64,000 bases of DNA from Tubiluchus corallicola (taxonomy: Eukaryota > Animalia > Priapulida). A program made the position numbers and the translations under genes. The notes below the pieces were generated by a model, which made no database searches, was not told the origin of the DNA, and was given only the letters and a program-made list of their open reading frames with translations. This document shows positions 13,773 to 24,833 of this stretch, in pieces (position 1 is the stretch's first letter; each line of letters begins with the position of its first letter). The stretch covers positions 434,001-498,000 of the forward strand of contig JAQGDQ010002371.1 of assembly GCA_030141605.1 (NCBI GenBank), written 5' to 3'.

Positions 13773-13786
13773 GTTGCCATGTCAAC
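13773..13786. promoter_or_regulatory. RFX X-box at the 5' end of BBS12
   Basis: GTTGCCATGTCAAC fits the X-box palindrome with one perfect half-site. A second, weaker site GTTGCCATAGATGA lies at 13710. BBS and other ciliary genes are established RFX targets. Confidence 0.55.
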
Positions 13787-13970
13787 AAAGTTATTGGACT
13801 AGTCTTTCTGCTGCCATACATGTGCAATGATGCTCCAACAATTATTGTAGTGTATTATATATTATAGATTTCCTTTTCATAGTAGCTTATATAACGGATA
13901 AATTTAGAGAATTGTAAAAGCACAATATTCTTAATAAAATTTCCTGTAACCATAAAGAAACTTTTAAAAA

Positions 13971-14921
13971 CAGTATATTATTTCTTCAACATTAATTGAG
14001 GTATTGAAAATATTGTGAACATGTTCCTACAACTTTGCCAACTGACATCAATGTGCTATTTTTGTCATACAAGAGTTCAAGTACAGGCATGAGTTCACTT
14101 AACCAACGTAGCTTATGTCGCTACATAACCAAGCACTTAATTACACCAATGTAATCAAGCGCTTGGCATAAGGGCCAAGCAATTGTTTTTGCTAGTCTGT
14201 GTAATACCTACACAGGTATATTTTTGCAAGGTTTGGTATAATTTAGTTATTAGTTGGGTGAGACTCTGAAGCTGTAAAATCTCAAAACACATTCAAACCT
14301 GCAGTTTTAATGAGCTATGATACAGCAGAAATACTACGATTCTAGAATACTAATGCTCCAAGATTTGGGTCCCGGATGATTGGGCCTGTTTTTTACTTAT
14401 AGAGCCAAGGTCACCGTTTAAAATTTTGTCTAACTGTTTTTGGTGAGCTGTTTGAATAGAATGAAAGTGGCACCTGTAGGAAAAATTGGTTCAAATGGAA
14501 AAATAGGAAAAAATGGCACAAAAGTTTTTTCGATGCAAATAACTTCTATAATAAAACTAGAATGCTCATAGTAGGAAACTCGTCTCTGCCAGTGTTCAAC
14601 AATTCTAAACATTTTTGTCTGATCCTTTTGATAGAAAATACATAAAACAAAGAAAAACAAACATGCAAAAATATACCTGTATAGGTATTACACAGACTAG
14701 CAAAAACAATTGCTTGGCCCTTATGCCAAGCGCTTGATTACATTGGTGTAATTAAGTGCTTGGTTATGTAGCGACATAAGCTACGTTGGTTAAGTGAACT
14801 CATGCCTGTGCTTGAACTCTTGTATGACAAAAATCGCACATTGATGTCAGTTGGCAAAATTGTAGGAACATGTTCACAATATTTTCAATACCTCAATTGA
14901 TCTTGAAGAAATAATATACTG
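13971..14921. repeat. 258-bp near-perfect inverted repeat (arms 13971-14228 and 14664-14921, 435-bp spacer)
   Basis: Direct reverse-complement comparison gave about 6 mismatches (manual count) and no indels seen. Confidence 0.95.
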
Positions 14922-15051
14922 ATTAGTGAAGCCACTGACTGGAAGTTGTGGAGGCAGTGACCATAGGAAGGTTGTGATTGGTAGACTATAGCCTTGAGAT
15001 CTGTTCAATTAATTTAATTTAATCAGCAAGTTAATTAAATTATTTTTTTAG

Positions 15052-18000
15052 TGTCAAATGCATTACCGATGACAACCAATGCCACTTCATCAAGTGCCCG
15101 GCTCAACTACTAGAAAACATACATTTGAAGGTACAATTAAAACTAAAACTGTGATTATGTATTTTAACATATTTTTGATATTAGGCTTACAGTTACTGAA
15201 CTAAACTAATGATTTTTTTGTTTTAAGGACCCTAGTATGGAATTACTCAACTCTGCTGTTCAGGCACATCATAAGATGTATGGCTCTTCAACAACAACTT
15301 TACTGTTTATGGCTAATGCGTGGGTCCACTCTGCATTTGAATTAGTAAAAAAGGTTTGCTTTAAAAATTTGAAGCCTTTTAAATTGTATCAGTCTTAAAA
15401 AGTCAGGATGTACCGGATCCGGATTCCGGACTCCAAGATCCAACATTTTTTATGGATCCGATCCAGATCTGGCAGAAATGTTCATTAAACTTTGCACAGT
15501 GTGTATTTCTAGTTTTCTATGTATAAAATTATCGATTGTGAAAAAAAATTAGAGCAGGTAAGAAAAATTGTACATGACATTTTAGTTACCCAAATAGTCT
15601 TAAGTTTTTTAAAGACTTTGAAGGATTCATATTAAAATCTTCAGAAATTCATTAGTTTTTATGCCACCATGCTTGTAGCGCTAGCGCTACCAGCAATTCT
15701 CATGTCGTGGTTCTTTGTTGCAAGTAGCATGCAAAGATAGTGCTACTGCTACAAAAATGCTTGCTAAAATTCCAGTAAGCTTTTACTTTTACTTCGAGTA
15801 AGAGCATAGTTTGGCGGTTTTTTAGTTTAACCAGAACTGGATCCAGTACATACAGCCGTGGATCCGATGTATCCCTATGGAAAAGCAAACATGTTACTAT
15901 GAAGTCTGTATCTTAGTTTGGCAAATACACTAAAATCTAAAATTCCAAAATTTAATTCAAATTATGTTAATTTAAAAAAAGTACTGTTGCATAACATTTG
16001 GCTTGTAAGTATGATTTGCTTTGCATATGCACTTTTGCAAGCAGTGCTTTGTGTTGACAATGAGTAATGTACTAGTCTATATACTGCTAATGTACCTGGT
16101 AATTAATTACTTGTGTAGACAATTAGGTAATTGTGACACTTTGTCTAAAGTCAGTATTCAAAAAATTCTATATAAACATTCCTGCAAGAAGGTGGACTTT
16201 CTGTAATTTCAGATTTAAACTACAGGTGCAAATCTCCTTTACTCAGCACTTTTGCAGTTGTATTCCAGACATCTAGAATAGAGCATCACACATTGCCAAC
16301 ACAAAACATTGTTTTTTTAATTAATATAATCTTGATTAAATTTTTGAAATAAATAGGTTCTAGCTTTTATGATATTTGGCTATATTTATTTGTTTATTTT
16401 TTTGTATTAGGGAATACCAAGAACTATTATTACTGAACTGATGAACGGGTGTCTTGAATGTTGTCTTGAGCAATTGTCTGCTGTCAGTATCAAGGCATCA
16501 CTTTTCCTTCAGTCACCATCGTTAAGCAGCTGTCATGAACTCAAAATGCCTGCAGCAGATTTAATGAGACAGGCTGACTGTGTAAAATGTTTGCATAGCA
16601 ATGGACTTTGTGAAGATAAACTTGAGGAAGTTGACGATATTAGTGATATCTTTTGGTGTTTTGATAAATCTAACATAGAAATTTCAAATTGTGAACATTC
16701 AGCGTTTTCCTGTGAAGATAAAATCGATGTACTAGGTAACAACTTTGTTTTAACTAATCCATTTAACAGAAATGCTGGTCTGGATCTGGATTCCACAAAT
16801 ACAAATTATGAACTGTCGAATTTTCATAATATTACCAGTATGCAATCTTATGAAAGTAAGTCTGGTGGCAGTAGTGAGGCTATTGCACATGAAAATTTAT
16901 CAGATACAAACACATTTACTAAATACAAGGAAATACTTTCTGCACAATTTCCATCTGTTAGTAGTAAAAATAAAAGGTCGAAACAGGGGCTGTCTAATGG
17001 TGCAGACACTGGAATTCCTACAACTTGTGCTACCAAACCAAATGTACTTAATCCCTTGACTATATCACCTGAAAACAAAATAATTGATGACCATTCAGGA
17101 TATACTAATGCTAAAAACAGTGATACTGGTAGATTTGCCAACAACATTAAGGTTGATAGATCAGTATTCAACTTAAGTGCTTGCAAAAGACATGTACTTA
17201 CTAAAAGCAGACATTTTTATACGCTTAATACCATGCGTAATAGTCGGTTTAGTGATGGGAACTCTGTGAAGACGAGTGGAGAAAAAACTTCTAGTTATCT
17301 TACCACATGCAAGCCAGATCGCAGTCTCGAAGTACCAAATGCTTCCATGTGTTTCACTTGTAAACAAAACAGCAGCAGTGCACAAACTGATGAGAACAGT
17401 GGCAGAGTAATTTCTGCTTGTGAAAAGATTGCATACGGATTAAGTCACAGTAATGAGGACATGATGAAACTTGCTTTGGATTGTTGGAAGAGACAAGCAC
17501 AGATGCAGCATGTTTCAAAATGTCACTTGCCCAGGTATTATAGCCTTGTGTTTACCTGTTTTATGATTATTTTTAGTATTTATTAACCAACTTTGTTTAG
17601 TAGGATATGCATATTCACCTATTTAACTAATTAATGTTAAACTTTTGATATATGTACAATAATACTTGTACATATCCATATCCTAACTTGATATTTTTTG
17701 CAGATTGAACACTGCAAGAGTATACACATGCAGCATTGCTGGCCTACCACACTGGAAAAGTACAGTTGTCCAAGGAATATTATTAAAAGTAAACTCGGAT
17801 ACTGCATGCATGCTGTCCTGTAATTTTCCTCGAGTTTACAGAGCGTTGGTATGAAATATAACACTTACATAGCTCACTTTATAAGTTTTACCTGCTGAAA
17901 TCATTGTGTTAAGATAGAACATACCTTGTAGAATTTTTTAACATTATCTGTTTGGTAGAGGACAGATTTCAGATATTGAAGCAGCATGAAATGTGCCCTC

Positions 18001-21000
18001 TGCTGCTACTGCACATATGAATATATAACCTCATTTTTATTTTGTGATCTGACAATTTTGTTATGTATTACTTATTGACTGAACTGGTAATGGAAATCTG
18101 CTTTATTGGAATTTGATTAAAAGCATTTATACTTTTATGTGTATTCTAATTACACGTTGTTTCTTGCTTCTTTTCAGCTTGTTGGAGGAAGCATAAACGA
18201 AAAATTTCACCACACTGGCTATCAGCCAAATGTCGAACCTTCTTCTATATCTTATACTGCCAGTCATACAAATTTGCAATCACAATGGTTTTGTGAAATC
18301 ACTACAGTATTAAAGGAGGTAATTAAAAAAAAACAAGGGAAGAGAAAGAAAAATGTGACCCTGCATTTCCTTGTTTTTTAATTGTGGGATCTTAATTCTT
18401 TCTTACTATTTTTGTCATTAAGAATAAATTTGTGTTATTAAAAGAGGTAATTTTTATCTCTAGGATTTTTGTGCATAACCTGTGAATATAATGTAATTGC
18501 AGTATAAATTGAAAATTGTTACGCATAATTGGATTTTGCTTAAAATGTTTGGTTGTTTTAAACAACCATTTCGAATAATAGTCCAATTCTTTTCTTGTAG
18601 AAGTTCATTACTCTGCTGATAGTGAAAGGTGAAGTAGATGCAAATGTACAAGATTTCTGCAACCAGAACAATATAACAGTTATCCAATCTGTGCCTTGGA
18701 AAGCCTTAGAAGCCCTTTCTGCCACTACTGGCATTGCAGTCCTATCATATCTGACCGACTGCTTTAATGTATGTATTTCTGTGTGTTTTCTTTTTTCCTC
18801 ATGGTACAGTTTTCACATTTTATGAAAAGTTTATTAAGTATGTGATAAGTTTATTAATAATATTGAACAATATAAATGTATTTTTCAGGAGTTTGTGGAT
18901 AATGTCCATGTTGAATTATGGGATAATGACCAATGGGGAACAGCTGAATGCAGCTATGCCTGCGTGGCTGTTGGATGTGATGTTCAGGTATTTAACACAT
19001 GCACTTTTTGTAAACTCCAAATATTGTACAAATGGTATGAATCTTTAAAAAGTTAGAAAATTACTAAATGGCCATAGCAATTTTTATAATACAGTTAGCT
19101 GATCAGTACAGTTTTATAGTACAGTTAGCCTTTTCTGACCATGACTATAGCATAGAAATTTCTTGGCAACTTCACAGGCAGTGGACTTTGTGACCCATTC
19201 AAATTCATTTTAAATTTTCAAAACTCTAAGCATCTAGTCAATGTGCTATTTTGGAAAGCAGTATTACCAATGACAATGTGTCTTGATCGTATGTATAGTT
19301 TCTCAGAAAAGTTTGTTTTTATTTTTAATCTGTTTGTGTTTCATTAGACTCATCATATAACCACTGAAATAATGTGTACATTCGAAACAGTTTACTGCTC
19401 GTGTAAGCACAATTTTTGATACCACCAAAAGTGTATCACAAAGTTTGTACAAAGTTTTTATGTACAAATTGTGCAGACCATTTCTCGTGGATTACAACAT
19501 AACACGAGTGAAAGTACTTGTCTCATTGGTAGACAACAAACTATATTGTTGTTAGTAGCTGTAATAGAAATAATAGTAATGACAAGGATTATGAGTATGA
19601 CTACCTGATAGGCTTCATGATATTTCAGACTGCTGTGATATGCTATCCTTCTGCTTCAGCTTTAGAGCTTCAAGAAGAGTCATTCTGGCATTGTGTCAAT
19701 CGCATAAGAAATGTCAGCACAAGTGGTATATTGTTGCCAGGTGGTGGCCAGGCAGAGAAAACTTGCATTAATGTTTTGCAAAAGCTACAAGGTAAATTTT
19801 TCGAAAACGTTATGCCACTTTAAAAACTTTTTTACTTCATGCAGGGAGTTTTCTTAGTTTTGGTTTATTTCATATTTACACTTAATATGCAGTGTTCCAG
19901 AATAACATCAAGGCTCTGTAATATTGTTGAAATTGAAATTGAATAATTTATTCTTTTCTAAAATCCAACAATTTACATTAAATTTGTAATATGAACTTGG
20001 GAAACAGGAGGGGCAGCAAAGGGATCATATTGTAACATTTTGACTACTTGGTGCAAAATTTCATAATTTTACACTTTCTTTTAAAATAACAAACGTAAAT
20101 AATAAAAAACAAAACAGCCAATGAATACAAATGCCAGTGCAAAACAAAATCATGCAAGTAAAGGCATCAAAAGTCAAATGATAATAATGACTTGCATTTT
20201 AGTGGCTGAAATGATGAAACCGAATCAAACTGCCGAATCGGTTTGTTTGATTTTGCTCAGCAATGACATTTTACCCCTCCTGTTTGTCTCACTTCGACTA
20301 GCAGCTCTTGCGCGATGGACCCGATTCGTTAATTAACACAGTTAACATTCTGCGATATTGGAAATCAACCGTTTCTTTATTTATTTCTCCAAAGCGATGG
20401 TACCGCGAGTCACCAAAGTTGGTGGGTAGTCACCTGAGGGTGGGAGACAGAAGTGATATGTGCAAAAGTGTTAAAATGGGGTTTGGTCAATAACTCCATA
20501 AGTATACAAGCTAGAATAAAGAAACTTGCAGGGTAGGCACCTAACTAAGGTAGACACAGAGCGGTATGGGAATGGTGACCTCTGGGTTAAACTTCACAGC
20601 AGTAGGACCCAAAATGTGAAAATTAGGGCAACTGACTTTGTCGCTCAACACCACTGACAGTATTGATTAGAAGCCTATGTTATTGCCTTATGGGTAAGCT
20701 GTCGAGCATAGATATGTGCTAAGAAAATTTTGAAAAGTGCTGTGACCAGGTCATGTGATATAGGCGACAGTGTTAAAATAGGGTCGCAGAAAAATGGATT
20801 TTCTAGGTAATCAAGCATGGAGAATTCAGCAATAGCAAAATTATGATCTTGAGATCACAAAAATCAAGTCAGCAAAGATTTTTCACAGTCAGCACTTGCA
20901 GTTTTGGTCACAATTCAGAATCTTAACCCTTTCACTATGGAAGGCGGTACAGTGCCTCCTATGTTTTTCATGCAAAGGACGAAAGGCGATAGACTGCCGC

Positions 21001-22803
21001 CCAAGCTCAGCACTAAGCGCAGTCACACAGATCTGTTTATTTCAGTGCTACGGCCTTGCAAAAACTTTGTAGAAAAGTTTTACAGCCGTGGGATTGGGGT
21101 TGCTTCGCAACAAGTAACGCTACCAGTTAATCAGTGTCTGAAGCCAGGTGCATTCCACGATACTGTACTGTATGGTATGCTCTTGTCACTAATGTAATCA
21201 CTTGTAAATCATTGATGAAATGTTTGTTTGGCTGATTGTTCTGCATTCTTGTAAAATGATTGCATATTATGAAATAGTATTGTGTCTTTGGTGAAAACTG
21301 GTTTCTAACTACATACTTATTTATGATGGTGTGCATGTGTGTATGTGTGTGAGTGCAAGTATGTGTGCTAGCATGTGTGTACATGTGTTGAAATAAAACT
21401 AATAGTTAATATTAGTACTCAGTAACAAACAACTATTTGTTTATTTACAAGATTCTGTTTTAGTAACACACCATAAGAAGTTATTGTCAAATCTGCAAAA
21501 GTCAATGTGGCCCAGTTAAAAAGCAACAACATAGTGAAGGGGTTTGGGGCAGCGATAACTTGCAGTAGACTGCAACAACACATGCAGTCGCAAAAGTGCG
21601 ACGTTGAAAAAGACTTGTATACCATACAGCCATATAACATAGCTACTTTCAAAGTTCTGCTTTTTGTGGACTTCAAATTTGCTTTTATAAGGTTAAAATA
21701 TGGCATTAAGACCAAAAGGAAAAACTCCTTCAAATCACGTATATTTTTTTCAGTATGACCTATAAGCAAAGCAATTTTGTTTTTTATTTGATTCGACACT
21801 GCTTGTGATTCGACTCTTTTGGGCTCTGCCAACAATGTTTTATCTCTACTAAAATGAAAGGTTCAGTATCGGCTTCATTAGGCAAAATAAAGGTTCTTTC
21901 TATCACTAGTCTATTTAATTTAAATAAAAATAAATTAATTGCTTATGCAAAATGAAATTTCATGCATTCATAAATTGGGAATTGAGAACTATTTGTTATT
22001 TATTGAGAATTATGAGTAAATTTTATTAATCTCATTCTTGATGTTTGAGACAAGTTGAGACGCTTACTTAATTCATTGCAAAAGTAGAATTTGCAGCTGA
22101 TTCAGAGTGAATAGTTTTAAAATGAAAAAGATTGTGTATTACATTTTTTGAAATTTTATTATGAGAACTCTAAGTCATTATTACCTATTAATTATTCGGG
22201 CCACAAGATATTTATTTTACTTTTGCTACCAGTCTACTTTTTTTAGTTGAACCACGTATGTAACAGTACATGTGTGTGTATGTTCTAAAATAAATGATGT
22301 TAATAATAATAATAATAATAATAATAACAATAATAATAATCTCTACCAATAAATCGATAAAATGTTATATCTTTGTTTTAATGCTGGCCATTATTTAACT
22401 TTTCAATAAATTTAGATATTTGACCTTAATCAGTATAAATTAATTGAATCAGTGGTACATCTTTCCTGTTTTTTATGCAGCTAAGGGATTATCAAGGAGA
22501 GACTTGTTAATGAGAGAAGTTGCACACTTTCTTTGCCGTGGCTTCGTTCAGTATTTGCAATCAATTGATCACAGCTACAAAATGTTGGAGATCGAACAGG
22601 GCAAGGAAATGTCTGACAAACTGGGAGATACAGGAAATTATTATGGCAGTAATACAAAAACTATCTATGATGATTATGTAGGTAAAACTGAAGCGTGGAG
22701 GACAGCCTTAAGGCATGTATGTACTTTAGTTCAAATTGATTCTCTTATTATTCCTGGTGCTGAAAACCAAACTCTCTCTGTTCATAATGTTACTTTATTG
22801 TAA
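15052..22803 (+). CDS. BBS12: Bardet-Biedl syndrome 12 protein (chaperonin-like), at least 9 coding exons; 5' end unresolved
   Basis: Phase-consistent GT-AG exons: 15052-15130 (VKCITDDNQCHFIKCPAQLLENIHLK), 15228-15353 (DPSMELLNSAVQAHHKMYGSSTTTLLFMANAW...), 16411-17534 (GIPRTIITELMNGCLECCLE...LTKSRHF...IAYGLSHSNEDMMKL), 17704-17848 (RVYTCSIAGLP...), 18178-18318, 18601-18768, 18889-18987, 19629-19791 (EESFWHCVNRI...LLPGGGQAE), 22481-22803 (IYDDYVGKTEAWRTAL...QIDSLII, TAA). These match BBS12 hallmark motifs. Confidence 0.9.
15404..15877. mobile_element. hAT-like MITE in a BBS12 intron
   Basis: CAGGATGTACCGGATCC...GGATCCGATGTATCCCTA termini with multiple GGATCC subterminal repeats. Confidence 0.55.
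22301..22339. repeat. (AAT)n microsatellite
   Basis: Directly visible in the sequence. Confidence 0.9.
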
Positions 22804-23394
22804 AATGTATAAGAGTATTAAAACAGTTCAGACAGGTTAACAAAAGCCACTTAATGTTCCTAGAAAAATGCAAAATATTACTATTTATTAAAGCAGCACT
22901 GAAGGCATGTTTAATCTTAAGTTCAAATCATAGATTTGTTTGCACCTACTTCAATGTGCGATAGATGGAAAAGATATTAGTAATGAGGTATAGCATACAA
23001 AACGTTTAGCTAAAGTCACTTATATATCGTACTGTGTAAGCAATAAACTGACAAACTTTTAGTTTGACAAATTAGTTTGACCATTTAAACAGTGAAACTG
23101 ACAAAATTTCTGATCATTCCTGCTTTTTGAATGTCTTACCACCAGGTGCTTTATGTCACTTAAATTATGCTTCTGACAAGTGCGAGTTTGTCCACGTGTA
23201 TGTTTCCCGAAGGATAAAATTAGTTTGAACCTATAACAAAGCCTGTCCATTGTAGGAGGTGTAACCATAAAATTTATCCTCCGCAAGAAAAAAATTGTAG
23301 GAGAACAGTAGATTTTTAGATGTGATCAACGGAAAAATAACTGTGCACCGAGGCAGCATTACACTTCCTTGCACAGAATAGAAATTTACGTCGT

Positions 23395-23559
23395 ACATTA
23401 AGTCAGTACACCTGGTCTACTCAGTCTCAAAACTGTCATCGGTAAAGTGCAGAGAACCACAGAATAGTAATATACAATGTAAATTTCTATTCTGTGGTTC
23501 TCTGCACTCTACCGATGACAGTTTTGAGCCTGAGCAGACCAGGTGTACTGACTTAATGT
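23395..23559. repeat. Imperfect palindrome/hairpin of about 165 bp, probably a palindromic MITE
   Basis: ACATTAAGTCAGTACACCTGGTCT...AGAACCACAGAATAG, short loop, CTATTCTGTGGTTCT...AGACCAGGTGTACTGACTTAATGT. A further partial arm CACAGAATAGAAATTTAC lies at 23372. Confidence 0.85.
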
Positions 23560-23609
23560 CAGGTTTGAAAGGAAAAGAAGACTGATACTCACTGCTCTTT
23601 TCTTTGGCT

Positions 23610-23811
23610 TTGTGTTGAGTAGTAGATGTGGGTAGCCACTAAAATTACTATCATTGCATTCATTTGCAGAAATGCCATGAGGTATGTTAGTCCTAAATAA
23701 AGCATGTTTGTTGTGTTGAGTAGTAGATGTGGGTAGCCACTAAAATTGCTATCAATACATTCATTTGCAGAAATGCCATGAGGCATGTTTGTCCTAAATA
23801 AAGCATGTTTG
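23610..23811. repeat. Local tandem duplication of about 101 bp, present in copy A only
   Basis: TTGTGTTGAGTAGTAGATGTGGGTAGCC...AAAGCATGTTTG occurs twice here and once at about 55866-55965. Confidence 0.85.
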
Positions 23812-24833
23812 AGAAATTGCAGGCTCAAATAAGTTAGTATGGGTTTATCTAAAATGTTTTTGTGAGTCACAACTTACAATAGTAATATTAAAACAATTAT
23901 GATCATTGCAAAATTGGTCAGTAACTTCTGATCTAGGTAAAATATAGTTTTCATAAATTTAACCAGAAATGTTAATTATAATCTCTATTTGCTGTGCATT
24001 TTTAACCCAGAAAGTTGTGAATAGCATTCTATTTTTAGATCATAGATTTGATCAGGAGTATACACTGTATTATTGTTTATACAGCCAGTAATGGAACACC
24101 ATACAGGACTCCTATAGTTTCGGTACAACTGTAGTTTAGTAAATAAATTGCTTGCCTTCTTATTTGATATATTCCAAGATTATTTTTGGTCATCTGTGGT
24201 GTTTGTAATGCTGTGATGTAATTTGTGTAAAATTGTGTGACTTACCACATGTGTGTGCAAATTGTTAAATGCACCAGAGATTCCAGTTACCTCACCGACA
24301 AAACTAAAGCAACTTATTTTTGCCTGTACAAAGCTTTTAATCAATTTTTAAATATAAGATGGTTATCACAAATGTCTAAACTATATTTTGACATCTAATC
24401 ATATTTTGTCTTCAGCGTTTAATAAACTTAGAGGTAATATTTATTTAATTTTTCAAATTAATTAAGTGTACAGCAATAATGGTTAATGACTTTTATAATT
24501 TAAATAAAGTTTCACACTGCAACAAAATAATAAAAGAATTATCATGAAATTTTTGTGTTTGATTTTAGTAATGCTGTATTAACCTAGTAACATTTATGTT
24601 TAAAATGAATTTCTTTGTTATATTAGCTTTTATGCAGATGTGTTTCAACATTAAATCAAACCAATTTGCTAAAACTGTAATTGGGCAGAAAAGACAACGC
24701 AATGCTGCAGGCAGTCTAATAGACAGGCCTATTTAATGTAATTTTTTATTGAGGAAAAACTTATCAGTCCCAACCTACCTATCGAGATTTTTATTCTTGC
24801 ATTCGTACTTTTCTGTATAGCTACTGTAGCACC

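Noticed and set aside
14663-14740. MQKYTCIGITQ / QLLGPYAK as the missing BBS12 N-terminal exon
   Set aside because: It needs a frameshift, has no phase-2 GT donor, and its first half is repeat-derived sequence also present at about 35776.
16533-17385. Antisense and alternative-frame ORFs over the large BBS12 exon
   Set aside because: They are shadows of the real exon and have no recognisable motifs.
20260-21910. ORFs in the long last BBS12 intron
   Set aside because: No recognisable protein motifs, and the sequence looks like unclassified repeat. The flanking BBS12 exons already join in phase.
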